This document shows positions 1 through 12,600 of a stretch of DNA of 64,000 bases, piece after piece. The stretch's first letter is position 1. Each line of letters starts with the position of its first letter. Made by a program: the position numbers and the translations under genes. Source of the stretch: Azolla caroliniana (lineage: Eukaryota > Plantae > Polypodiophyta); NCBI GenBank assembly GCA_043228905.1, contig JBHGNT010000001.1, forward strand, positions 16,802,001 through 16,866,000, read 5' to 3'. Under the pieces are notes generated by a model. That model saw only the letters and a program-made list of their open reading frames with translations. It searched no databases and was not told where the DNA came from.

Positions 1-7
1 AAACCAC

Positions 8-3000
8 ATGACGAGCCATAAGGAGTGGTTCTCGTACTTTGAAAAACCGATACAACCTGGAGTAGTCGCAACTGGAGACGACACTCCGCATCTGATCGCG
101 AATGTCGGAGAAGTTCCCCTTAGCCATGTCGGGCAGAAAGGGAAACTCATGAACGTGCTGCACGTTCCGACAATCACGAAGAACTTGGTCTCGGTTGGAC
201 AGATCGTCAAGCAAGGGATGGAGGTTCGGTTTACACACCTCGGGTGCTTCATTGAGGAAGAAGGCCGTGTGATTGCGCAAGGGCGCAGAGACAGGAGGCG
301 ACAATCACAAAGAACTTGGTCTTGGTTGGACAGATCGTCGACCAAGGGATGGAGGTTCGGTTTACACACCTCGGGTGCTTCATTGAGGAAGAAGGCCATG
401 TGATTGCGCAAGGGCGCAGAGACGGGAGGATGTTCATCCTCGACTCCACTGACGGCGGCACCGCAATGTTCGCGAAGGGACAAAAATACGAGTCGGACAT
501 CGACTTGTGGCACAAGCGGATAGGCCACGTCAACTACCAGCGGCTTCAAGATCTGCAAATGAAACAGGTAGTGTTCGGATTGCCCAAATTTAGTGGTCGG
601 AAGACACAAATTTGTGAAGCCTGCCAACTCGGGAAGCAACACCGACTTCCCTTCCCCAACGAGCGAAACCGGAGTCGGAACAAGCTTGACCTTATACACT
701 TCGATGTGTGGGGGCCAGCACAAAACGTTAGTCTTGGCGGGAGCCGATATTTCATCTCCTTCATTGACGACCACACTCGGCACACGTGGATCTACCTCAT
801 TGAGAGGAAGAGCGAAGTCTTCGACTGTTTCCGGGGCCTCAAAGGGTTTGTGGAAACGGAAACGGGACGAAAGATCAAGTGCCTGCGGTCGGATGGTGGG
901 AAAGAGTACTTTTCCGGTCAATTAAACGGTTACCTACAACAAATGGGAATTCGGCGCGAATTCAGTTGTAGATACACGCCGAAGCAGAACGACGTGGCCG
1001 AGAGGAAGAATCGGTCAGTTGTGGAAGCGGCACGGGCAATGCTGGAGGAGAAGAGCTTGCCCAAGTTCTACTGGGCCGAGGCGGTAAGGACCGCGGTATA
1101 CATCCAGAACCGGATCGGAGACAAAGTGTCAGCGCACGAGCTATATTTCGGAACGAAGCCGAACTTACGACACTTGAGGGTGTTCGGTAGCATTGCGTAT
1201 GTGCATGTACCGAAGGAGAAAAGGAGGAAGTTGGACGCAAAGGCCGAGAAATGCATCTTGGTCGGTTACTCGGACGAGCAGAAGGGTTATAAGTGCTATA
1301 ACCCTCGCACCAAACAAGCGCGTGTTAGCCGCGACATTGTGGTTGACGAGTTCGCGTCCTAGTACCAGCCCCCGACTCCGAACCCCGACTCCAATCCGTG
1401 TTCTGACAATGAGGTCAGTGAGGCCGAGTTGCCTCTGGATGAGCCCGAAATCGAGACCCGCGAAGAGAGTCCGATTTCACTCCGTTTAAGTGGACCGATT
1501 GGACGACTGAGTCGGTGTGATCAGTCCGATGAAGAGCTGGCGAGTAGTGGAGACTCGGCCGTGCATTCCCCGCGCAGGAAGCTGAGGAGACAGCTTACGC
1601 GCAAATAGAAAGGGAAGAAGAAGGTATCGGATTCCGGCACGGATAAGAACGAGTCAGACTGACGCGAGTCCGACTCCGAGGGAACCGGTGACGGGTCGGT
1701 CTTTAAAGGTGAAGGCCGCGTCGACTGAGAAGGCCTCGACATCGGCTAATGTGAGATTACGCCGATCTACCCGCCAGAAGAATCCTGTTTTGTGGTTCGG
1801 ATACAACGAGTACATGGCGCATCATTATGCGTACATGACCCGTGTAGCGGAAGTGCGTGAGCCAGAGAGCTACGCAGAAGCGGCGAAGGACGCAAATTGG
1901 CGCGCCATGATGGAGGAAGAGATGCACGCATTGGCGGAGAACGAGACCTGGGACCTGGTTGATGCACCGAAGGGTGTGAAGCCGATCGGGTGTAGATGGG
2001 TGTACAAAGTCAAGTACAACACCGATGGCTCGGTCAACCGGTAAAAGGCTCGGCTAGTGGCAAAGGGCTACGCGCAGAAACACGGCATCGACTACGATGA
2101 GACGTTTGCGCCGGTCGCGAAAATGACGACCGTCCGTGTTTTGCTCGCAGTAGCTGCCGTGAAGGGGTGGCACTTACATCAGATGGATGTCAAGAATGCG
2201 TTCCTGCAAGGTGACCTTGAGGAACAGGTGTACATGGTACAACCCCCCGGATTTCACTCTGGAACGAACTCCTCGGCAGTATGCCGACTGAAGAAGTCCC
2301 TTTACGGACTGAAGCAAGCCCCGCGTGCCTGGAACGCGAAGATCACGCAACAACTGCATCGGATGGGCTTCGTCACGTCAAAATCGGACTCTTCCCTGTT
2401 CATCCGGAAAGGTCGACTCAGACCGGTTAGTATTTTACTATATGTTGATGACTTGGTCATCACCGGCACCGACCTAGGTGAAATCGACCGCGTGAAGCTC
2501 CCACTTGCGGCATCGTTCGACATGAAGGATCTGGGGAACCTTCATTACTTCCTCGGGATCGAAGTGATCTGCCAACGTCACTACGTGCTGAGTATGCTCT
2601 TCAAATTCGGGATGGCCGACTGTAAGTCCGTCTCGACTCCCCTGGACAGAACCGTCAAGCTTCGTTCCGATACGGGAAAGGCATGCGACCCGACGAGGTT
2701 CCGACAAATTGTCGGAAGCCTCATATACTTGACCATCACCCGACCCGACCTCAGTTATCCGGTCGGAGTGATCAGTTAGTTCATGGCGCGACCTACCGAG
2801 GAGCACCTTCAGTGTGTGCAACGGATACTTCGGTATATCAACGGCACTAAGGACCGGGGACTGCTATATCGGACCGGTGCAGCCGCGTGGTTAGTCGGCT
2901 ACACCGTCGCTGATTGGGCTGGCAACGCCACTGATCGCCGATCCACGTCCGGATACGCGTTCTCTCTCGGGAGTGCCGTGATCGCGTGGAGCAGTAAGAA

Positions 3001-3775
3001 GCAGCCGACAGTTGCACTGTCGAGCACCGAAGCTGAGTACCGAGGAGCGGCTGTCGCGACATGCGAAGCCATATGGTTGAAGCGGCTACTTAAGGACCTG
3101 CAGGTGGAGGTGTCAGATCCGACGCCGATCTACTGCGACAACCTCAGCAGCATCCAGCTCGCGAAGAACCCTGTTTTCCATGCACGGACCAAGCACATTG
3201 AGGTGCACTACCATTTCGTCCGTGAGCGTGTCCTTTCTAGTGAAGTTGAACTTCAGTACGTGCCGACGGATCGGCAGACTGCCGACATCTTCACTAAGCC
3301 TCTTGGTCTAGACAAGTTGCGGCAATTCTCCGGTGCGCTCGGATTGCGTCACCTCGATGTGCCAAACTTGAGGGGGAGAACAGTCCCGAACGACCAAACA
3401 AGGCAGCAGGAAAGGAGCAGAGACCGCGACACCGAGTCGGTTGACTCGGTTGTCGAGTTCGACTTCGGATCGGCTGAAGAAGCCGAGGGACCCGCGGAAA
3501 AGTCCGGAAGCGGACAGAAGGGGAGCAGCCGAAGGAGAGAGACGAAGTCAACCACGAATTGGGAAGATGACGCCATTGAGGGCGAGAAGACCGAAGACGA
3601 GTTGGAGACAGCCAACTCGGACGAGAGCGAAAACCGATCGGAGGTAGCCGAGTCGGTTCGGATGTTTGATTTAGATATGCTAAATCAACCGAGGCCCAAG
3701 CGGAAGAAAAGGAAGCAGGAGAAGTGTCAACACCGCAACAACAGAAGAGCTGATAAGGGCCGCATGAGCAGATAA
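8..3775 (+). pseudogene. pol: Copia pol (GAG-pre-integrase, integrase, RT, RNase H), disrupted
   Basis: [50 protein letters not shown] split over ORFs 316-1362, 1688-2044, 2057-2779, 2783-3775. Confidence 0.95.
168..429 (+). repeat. 131-bp tandem duplication in copia A
   Basis: CGACAATCAC..GGAGG at 168-298 and 299-429; single copy in sister A'. Confidence 0.9.
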
Positions 3776-3904
3776 GCCGACCGGAAGGGTCGAAGCGCGC
3801 GGAGTCGAACAGGTCGAGAAGCGCGAGCGAGGCGTGAAGCCAGGAGGAACCGGAGCTGTGAGCCCGAGGATCCCGACGAGCCTCGAGTTGAGCTTGAGGG
3901 GGAG

Positions 3905-4297
3905 TGTTGAGAGACAAGCTCAACATCGGCCGGATCGGCTGAAGAAGCCGAGGACTGGATCGGTTGGGACCGATCAGTTAGGCCGAGTGCGTAAACCGGG
4001 AGGCCGTTAGGAAAGATATTCCGTGAGGAATATATTTGGGAGTTAGTGTAGGAGCTCTTAATGAGCCTTGAAGTACTGTTAGTCCTTCGAGGACTTGTAT
4101 AAAAGTGTTCATGGAACACACGTATGTATAGAGTTGTGAATCGAGATTTTGTTATGGTGGAATATAGTTCTTGTGTTCTCTCTCACTCACTCTCTCTCTC
4201 TCCTACGTATACTGCGTAAGCTCAAGCTCTCCATTAAACCTGAGTTTTCTTCCTTCTGTTCTGTCTTTATACTTGCTTCTGCACGCTACTTTTTACA
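3905..4297 (+). repeat. 3' LTR of A
   Basis: Follows PPT, TG..CA ends, matches reverse complement of 14414-14789 and 26683-27088. Confidence 0.95.
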
Positions 4298-5109
4298 AGT
4301 TTGGATGATCCTACATTGCCTCTAATTAAAATCTAATCTTATGATCATTGCATGAATAAATCATGGATTATTGGACAACTAAGAAGAGAGACTTATCGAG
4401 TTTTGCCGAAACCCTAATTTTCTTTATGAAATATATAGAAAGAGGTCTCAAATAGAATGCCTCCACAACCAATTTACTCGGGATACTATGACTAAATTAT
4501 GCAACAAAATACACTATATTATATGATCCAATTAATAAAAAACCCATAAGCTATAGCATATTCATAATCCATGCAATTATTTTCAATATGTTTTCATCAC
4601 CATAGCTCCTAACATCTTCATATTCCATGGAGTTATTTCCATATGATCCTGATTCCTCATCATTACCAAGCATAGGTGGGGAGAAATTCATTATCCAGAC
4701 ACAATGATCAAAAGCAAGATATGCAATGGGGATTGATCCGAATTTGAGGTAACTAAATAATGACCACATTTGGGCCAAACAACGAAATCTGCCATATAAC
4801 TTTGAAAAAGCACAAATATAAACCCTAAATCCTAAACCACACACACAAGCATCAAGAAATACTAGTCAAATTTGAGTAGCCCAGAGACATAAGAATTTAA
4901 ATAGAAGATTATATGAAAGGAGGTTGGGACATCAAACATCACAAAGTATGAGGAAATGTAGAAGAGAGACAGTCTTACCGAGTTTTGCCCGAGTGTATGT
5001 CTTACGAAGGAGGAGGAGGAAAGGACGGAGTCGAACCCTAAATTTTGAGGAGCGATGTTTGATGTTGTTCCTTGTTGATTGCTGATTGCTATTCCCTGTA
5101 GAGCTCTTC

Positions 5110-5252
5110 TCTATTCACTACTCGTCGAATGCATTTTTTCAAAAAAAAAATTAGGGAAAAAAAAAGTTAACGAATATTGGAAGAAATATTCTTATACGTA
5201 TTCGTTGGTATTCGTGGGGGAGGCCCCACGAATGCGAATATCTCAATCTATG
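5110..5252 (-). mobile_element. Possible DNA transposon (hAT-like) terminus
   Basis: Clustered CGAAT/ATTCG motifs in both orientations, hairpin ATTCGTGGGG-gagg-CCCCACGAAT, minus strand starts CATAG; partner end not found. Confidence 0.3.
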
Positions 5253-5274
5253 TATATATATATATAATATAATA

Positions 5275-5577
5275 GGGAAAAGTACCAGGATACCCCTGGA
5301 AGTTCGTGTATTTACCAGAAAGCCCCTGGAAGTTCCAAATTTACCAAATGTCCAAAAAATTACACTTTATAAAGTAATTATACACTCAAATCTTTGGTAA
5401 ATAAGGCTAGTTCGGGTCCATTTCTTCCATCTTTGGTAAATAGGGCTTGTAGATTTGATTGTATATTACTTTATAAAGTGTAATTTTTTGGACATAGGGG
5501 TAGTTTGGTAAATTTGGAACTTCCAGGGGCATTTTGGTAAATAGACGAACTTCCAGGGGTATCTTGGTACTTTTCCC
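5275..5577. mobile_element. Fold-back MITE with long TIRs (Mutator-like)
   Basis: GGGAAAAGTACCAGGATACCCCTGGAAGTTCG.. is inverted at ..CGAACTTCCAGGGGTATCTTGGTACTTTTCCC over roughly 130 bp; flanked by TA runs. Confidence 0.85.
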
Positions 5578-5613
<36 letters not shown>

Positions 5614-5643
5614 ATGCATACATATACATATACATACATACAT
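5578..5643. repeat. Compound microsatellite (AT)n(GT)n(CATA)n
   Basis: Direct reading. Confidence 0.9.
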
Positions 5644-6399
5644 TGAGTGAGTCCCAAGATGTGATAAAAGGCTAATGCAAATAGTCGGACATGAATCATG
5701 CCTTGGCAAAACCCACAAATCCCTAATTCCTCCTCTCACACCCTCCCTCAAGTCTCCAACAAGGAAGACTGTCATGATGCCATCCATTGTACATACCAAT
5801 ATGCCTCTTTTTTTTTTTTATAAAATATTTTCTTCAATAATATTAAGAACAAAACGCCCGAAGGCGACAACTTGAACCTAGTTACCAAGGAGGTTACAAC
5901 TTTTCCTATACAATGATGTAAAATACAAGGATGTTTACATTTGATGATATTCAAGAAGGAGTCCATGGAAATTGATATTGCCATTGAGGCTCTTGAGTTG
6001 ACATTGTAAGCACAGGCAACTTTTTCCATAAGTGAAGAAACTTTTTCCTTTTCTTGTTCATAGTATCTGGGGAACCCCCTGCATATTGTCATACTGGCCA
6101 CGGACTACTGGCAGCAAGTTCTCCCATATCTCAAACAACACATCTGAGAGATGAATGTCTACCCCATCATAAAGTCGGTTACATCGATATTTCCATAATG
6201 CCCATAATGTTATTGTGGTCACTGTTTTCCAAATTTGGTCAGATCACACCTGCTTGCGAGGTTGCTGGAAGGGACTAACTAATATCAATATTCTATTATG
6301 TATTGTCATGGCCTCACGAACATCGTTTGCCTCATACAACATCAAGCCAGAATGTAATACTCCCCACATCGTTGATCCCCATGAGAATAGGCAATCTAC

Positions 6400-6592
6400 A
6401 TTGATTGTTAGGAATAAAGACATGACTTTCTTCCATACTTGTTGAGCAAAAGAACAAGACCATAGGACATGCTTGGTACCAATATGCTTTTAAGCGACAA
6501 ATGTATCTTAGAAAACCCCATACCAACTTCCAAGCATAGAAAAACAAAGTTAGTCTGCATATACCAAATTTCTCCTTGACAATCCCCAATAC
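6400..6592 (-). pseudogene. Probable decayed LINE ORF2 C-terminal remnant, segment 3
   Basis: Contiguous with 13618 once B1 is removed; ICRLTLFFYAWK resembles the motif after zf-RVT; left boundary uncertain. Confidence 0.3.
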
Positions 6593-7049
6593 TGTTACGG
6601 GGATGACCATATAATATCTCGTGGTGAGAATTTACCGTAGTATTCTATACACGTGGATAAGTGTGAGGGTTAAACGAGAGTGTAAAGAAGGGGATGATTA
6701 CTTTTAATCCTCGGGATTGAGACAACCCATTAGGCCAAGTGTGAACTTGCCTGGGGGCCTTGGGTATCGCTATAAATAAGAGGCCTAACAACCCTCATTT
6801 GATGATCTTGTTGACTACGTCGAGACTCTGTCTTGTGCTGGGTCAACTCTTGTAGCAAGCGCACCAGCACCAGGTACAACTTGACGCCACGACAGTGGTA
6901 TGGGACGCCGATCGAGGCTCGAGTCCATCTCAATCCCTTCGCTCAGGGGTGGTCGGGTGGATCGACACCCTTCTTTCTCTCTCTCCTTTCTATCTATCTA
7001 TCTATATTCTATCCTTATCTAATGCTTACATTAGTTCATGTCTGTAATA
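6593..7049 (+). repeat. 5' LTR of B1
   Basis: TGTTACGG..TAATA; repeated at 13166 and 37189; TATAAAT inside. Confidence 0.95.
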
Positions 7050-7051
7050 GT

Positions 7052-7063
7052 TGGTATCCGAGC
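7052..7063 (+). promoter_or_regulatory. PBS, initiator tRNA-Met type (1 mismatch)
   Basis: TGGTATCCGAGC versus canonical TGGTATCAGAGC, 2 nt after LTR. Confidence 0.85.
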
Positions 7064-7300
7064 TAATGTGCTAATGTTTCTTTTGTTGTCTTTTGTTTTG
7101 TTGATTGATGGTGATCGATCGATGTGCGGTCGGGCTTGATCCAGACAACAATCAACAAAGGAACTTTGACAACTCTTTCCTCTCTTTTTTTTCTTAATTT
7201 TCTTCTCCCATCTAATCATGTGTATAGTCTATATATAATTGTTTTCATTAATTCAATGATGTTGTAGTGGTAATTAATTGGTTGTATAAAACGTTTACAT

Positions 7301-7562
7301 ATGTGTATGAGGTCAATACCTCATTTGACATATATTTAATATGTGATTAGTGTCGTATGCGTACGAGGTTAATACTTCAATTGCGTATTACGCTCACATA
7401 CATATGTTACGTATGCGTATGAGGTCAATACCTTGATTTTGTTGTAAATGATATGTGTTTAGTGTCGTATGCGTATGAGGTCAATACCTTAATTGCGCAT
7501 TACGATTAACCCTTATTTTTGGATGTTTCGTGTGCGTAGAGGCTACACGCCTCGATTACGTG
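7301..7562 (+). repeat. Five spaced hairpin repeats in B1 leader
   Basis: Unit GTATGCGTATGAGGTCAATACCTYAATTGCG, period about 55 nt, variable spacers. Confidence 0.8.
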
Positions 7563-8751
7563 TCTCGATTTCATCATATGTTGTCTATTTGATGTTACGA
7601 TTTTTTTTTAATATATGCATATATGGTCACGTGTATACGTATTTGATTGTATATATGTGATAAATAAACATATGTGTATATTTGATATTACGTGATCTTT
7701 ATATCGAATGTTTTCCTTTTCGGGGAAAGGATCTTGGTGGCCGTCCTCACATTTTTGTGAGAATGGCGTTGTCACCATCCCTTTTTTGAACAATTTTTTA
7801 TTGTTGACATTCCCGTGGGTGACTTCGATTTTATTACGTAAACAAATACCTATAGCCACAATGATGTTGAGAACGTCGGGCTTGACCCACTTCATGTGAG
7901 GTCGCTCCTATGACACACATACCCAACATCCCTCCTTCGTTACATGGATACGATGCCACCATGAGATCATTCTTACGAGAGGCATTCGTAATGACGTAAC
8001 CATGTGATGGGCCACATGGGCTTACTACGAAAAGAGGACTCATTTGGCTTGACCGTTAGGTTGCACTTTGGCGTATGCTATCGTAATTACGAGACTTGAG
8101 ATTAGGTAACGTACCAACATATTTTGTAGTAAACAAGGGGGAAATAAGGACTCTTGACATATATGTTTCTTTTAAAAAAACATATATGGGCAAATGACTT
8201 GCATATCTCTTATATGCATGAAACATTAAACATTCCAGAAGAGCAACCTACTTGGTTGGCTTAAGTGTTTAATGCATTTGTTCTCGAGGTCTCGAGTTTA
8301 AATATGACCAAGACCATACAACATCGTTGATACATATGACTATAACACATGTTTAGACTTGAGGTCTAAGTGCACTTTGGGGTCCTCGTAATAGGACTTA
8401 AAGAGCCGAAACCACATATGTGGGCACAGAAACATAGTTTATTGTTAACATTTTTTTCGTGTATAAACTACTTATGACTCGAACATACATGGTTGAGCCT
8501 CAGGGAGCCGCCATGAAAAAATTGATATAGAGATAAGGGAAAGACATTAATTTGTCACCCCCATGGTTTTTAAAACACCTTTGTGTTACCATAGTAACCT
8601 GATCTTGAACCTCATCTCATACGTCTAGAGGGGTATTGATGTGAGATCATGATATCGATTAATGTTTGCCCATGATATGTTTACATCACGACATAATGTT
8701 ATGACTATTTGTCTGACCTTATCCTATTTCTTTGCCAAAAATAACCATTCA

Positions 8752-9690
8752 ATGGCTCAAAATAACGACCCAATGTCATCCGCTCAAGAGGAAGGAACTC
8801 AAGGAAATCCTCCTAGACAAATATCCATTGAGATGTATTTTTCGCAAATAACCCAATACCTTAGTTTCACCGCTCAACAAATGACCGAACTTTGGCAATC
8901 TCAAAGCGCTCTCGAGGCACGTGTCATTAGTTTACAACATGAGACAAATAGACCTGATGAGCGACAGGGTGAACCATCGTTTGTCGTTAAGCCATTTACG
9001 GGAGAAAAAAAGGAAAGAACCGAAGACGTAATCTGCACGTGGCTGGGCCGATGGGAGTCTCATTTTGAGCTCTATCCCATGCCAGATAGTACAAAGATTG
9101 CATATGTCGGCCGAGAACTTGGGGGTAAAGCCGCCGCCTGGTGGCGTGGGCTCGGTACTTTGGGGAAATTGCCCGATACCTGGACAAATTTTGTCACAGT
9201 TTTCAAGGGCCAATTTTTGCAACCTCCCTCTCGAACCGAGGCAGCTCAAGCTTTAATGAACTTCTCTAGCAGGAAATTTTCTTCGCTAGAAGACTATGTC
9301 TACCATGCTAGAACCCAAATCCAAAAATTGGGTCTAGAAGGGGACAATTGGTTAATAGCTTGTTTTGTCAATGGCATCCCCAATTCGGACTATCACTGGA
9401 TAGTGCACAATAAGGATCCAAAATCCTTCGAAGAGTCCGTTGAAATAGTTCTTTGTTATCAATGCACTTCGAAGAAGGACCACAACAAACCCAACAAAGC
9501 GCCCGGGACTAAGCAGTCGCAATTTGTTGGGAAACGCAAGACACCCAACAAATTCATGGATCACGATTGTAAGCGACAACATCCTTTTTGCGTATTCTGC
9601 AAAAAGAAGGGTCATACAAAAGAGCAATGTCGAAAGCTCCAACGGAAAGAGCACGACAACAAAGCAAAAGTTGCAGTCCATAAAGGTTAG
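8752..9690 (+). CDS. gag: Gag of B1 (stop at 9688-9690 is premature; CAG in B2)
   Basis: [20 protein letters not shown]; zinc knuckle [14 protein letters not shown]. Confidence 0.85.
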   Translation: MAQNNDPMSSAQEEGTQGNPPRQISIEMYFSQITQYLSFTAQQMTELWQSQSALEARVISLQHETNRPDERQGEPSFVVKPFTGEKKERTEDVICTWLGRWESHFELYPMPDSTKIAYVGRELGGKAAAWWRGLGTLGKLPDTWTNFVTVFKGQFLQPPSRTEAAQALMNFSSRKFSSLEDYVYHARTQIQKLGLEGDNWLIACFVNGIPNSDYHWIVHNKDPKSFEESVEIVLCYQCTSKKDHNKPNKAPGTKQSQFVGKRKTPNKFMDHDCKRQHPFCVFCKKKGHTKEQCRKLQRKEHDNKAKVAVHKG

Positions 9691-12600
9691 ATTCCTAATG
9701 TCCTTCAGTTCTATACACATCATTTAAGTAATTGTCAATGTTCTTTCCCTCACTATGTATTGGGTCCCAATGATTTACTACGTGCAAACGGGTATATCAA
9801 TGGATCTCCCGTACAACGTTTGTTTGATTCGGGAAGCTCACACAACTTTGGGAATGATCGTTTGGTTCAAATATGGGGAATCCAACCCACCATAAGTGAT
9901 CACACCTATACGGTGCACTTGGCTGATGGAAGAGTACAATACATCAACGGGGCGATTCATTCATTAGGAATTTCTATTGACACTTATATAGAGGAAGTAG
10001 ACTTCCATGTAATGAATCTTTGTACCACTGATGTAATACTAGGTTATCCCTGGTTTTATAATAAAAACTCTTCTTTATTTATTGATTGGGTTCATCATTC
10101 CATTTCCTTTGTAATGAATGATTGTACGCATTTTATTCAATGTGTAAAAAAAACAATCCCTCTCGATTGTTTCCTCTCCATCAATATCCGAGTTGTCTTG
10201 TTCTACTCTATTTTATTGTGTACTTGATCCGGACATTCATGTTTACAATATCGATAATGTCTCGGTTCAATTAACATATTTTGAACAAAAACTTGATGAA
10301 ATCTTAAATGATTTTCGTTATGTTTTTCCAAGTGAACTACTAGATGGGTTACCTCCTAAACGTAATATAGACCATCGTATAGATATTGTACTTGGAGTTG
10401 CACCAATAAGTATACCTCCTTATCGCTTAAGTCGATCCGAACAGGATGAGGTATCTAAGCAACTCAAGGACTATTTACGAATGGGTTATATACGTTAGAG
10501 TAAATCTCCATGGGGTGCACCAGTTCTCTTGGTTAAAAAGAAAGAGGGCACATGGCGTATGTGTATTAATTACCAACGCTTGAATAAAGTGATGATCAAG
10601 AATTCGTATCCATTGCCCCGGGCTGACGATCTAATTGACCATCTCTAGGGAGCTCGGTATTTTTCGAAACTTGATCTCCGTACTGGCTACCATCAAATTC
10701 ATATAAGTGAGGACGATGTTCCTAAACGGCATTTTGTACGCGCTATGGCCATTATGAGTTTTTGCTTATGCCTTTTGGTTTGACCAATGCTCTGGCGACA
10801 TTTCAACAAGAAATGAATGACATTTTCTGAGAACAACTTGGAAAATTTGTCGTTATTTTCTTGGATGATATTTTAGTTTATTGCTGTACATTACAAGAAC
10901 ATGCTAAACATGTCCACTTTGTTTTACAAACATTGTGTGACAAATAGTTTTATGCGAAGATCTCAAAATGTGAGTTCTTCAAGAAATCAATTACTTATCT
11001 TGGACATCTCATAACCGAACGAGGAGTTGAAATTGATCCTTCTCGCATCGAGAAAATTAAGCTTTGGCCCACTCTTTGGAATATTCGAGAACTTCAATCA
11101 TTCCTTGCTTTTGTTGGGTTTTTGCGAAAATCCCTTCGTAATTACTCCCAATTGACGACACCGTTTACTGATCTTCTAAAAGGTCAAACACGTAAGTGTA
11201 CAAAACCTATTGTCTGGAATGCTACATTAGACCTCGCCTTCAAGGAACTCAAGGACCTGGTGTGCAAGGCTCCTTCACTTCTTTTACCCGATCCTTCAAA
11301 ACCTTTTGAGGTTGAAACCGATGCAAGCGATTATGCTATAGGTGTTGTCTTATATCAAGATGGTAAACCAATAGCATTTGAGAGTAAGAAACTTGATTCT
11401 GCTCAATGTCGGTATACCGTTCAAGAAAAGGAATTATTTGCAGTTATACATGCGCTCAAAACATGGCGCCATTATCTTTATGGAAATCGCTTTGTGGTAA
11501 CTATGGACCACGAGTCCTTGAAATATTTTTGTGAGCAACAAGACTTGAAAGGTTGTAAGGCACGATGGGCTGATCTCATCCATGACTTTAATTTTTCCAT
11601 ACGATATCGTAAAGGTTCCATGAACATTGTCGCTGATGCACTAAGTCACATCCGTGAAGTTAACATGCTTAGCTTCACTGAAATAACATCAGATCTTTAT
11701 GGTCACCTTCGAGGAAAGTATCTTGATGACAATTATTCTGCAAAATACTGGGCAAGAGTTGAGTTTGGAACAGACACCACCACATCCTTGAAGGAGTACT
11801 TCCACATTGCTAACGTTGTGCTCTATCGTAATGGGAAGGTTTGTGTTCCAGATTTGCTTGAGGTCAAAAAGAGAATTCTTTTTGAATGCCATGATGCACC
11901 CTCAACAGGACACCTTGGAATACATTGTACACTTGTTCTCATCTCCACTCAATTCTATTGGCCTAAGATGCGTCCTGACATACATAACTATGTGACTAAA
12001 TGTTACCAATGGCAGGTTAACAAAGTTGAGCGACTTAAAGCCGTAGGACTTTTACATCCCTTGAACATTCCCAACAATAAGTGGGAAAGTATATCCATGG
12101 ATTTTATTGTTAGCCTTCCTCGCACCCAAAAAGGCCTTGATGCCATCTGGGTTGTGCTTGATAGACTAACTAAAATGGCCAGATTTATTGCTACTAAAAC
12201 CACGGTAATAGCTCCTGAATTGGCTTACCAATTCGTTGACGAGTTATTTCGTTTTTATGGGTTACCAATGGATATCGTGAGTGATCGAGATCCAAAATTT
12301 ACTAGTGACTTCTGGACGTAAGTCTTTAAGAAGTTAGAAACTACGTTGCGCATGAGCTCCACGGATCATCCTCAATCCGATGGAAAAATAGAACGAGTAA
12401 ATCAAATTATTGAGGACATGCTTTGAGCATACGTTGGTGCAAAACCAACAAAATGGGAATGTTATCTCCCAATTTTGGAGTTTGTTTATAATAGCTCCAA
12501 GGATACGTCGATGGGATATAGTCCTTTTATGTTGATGTATGGTTTTTAGCCACGAGCCTCGATTGATGTTAATATACATCATGATGAGTTGGGAAGTACG

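Larger units (their letters stand above)
1..4297 (+). mobile_element. Ty1/copia LTR retrotransposon A, 5' part outside window
   Basis: Domain order PR end-INT-RT-RNaseH; PPT TTGAGGGGGAG 3894-3904; LTR TGTTG..TTACA. Confidence 0.95.

Noticed and set aside
4298-4302. AGTTT after the A LTR equals the TSD of C
   Set aside because: Different families and loci; a 5-mer coincidence
4551-4844. Host gene ORF with telo-box-like AAACCCTA motifs nearby
   Set aside because: No recognisable domain or exon structure
7301-7562. CRISPR array
   Set aside because: Repeats are degenerate, spacers are partly related to each other, the array lies inside a eukaryotic retrotransposon, and there are no cas genes
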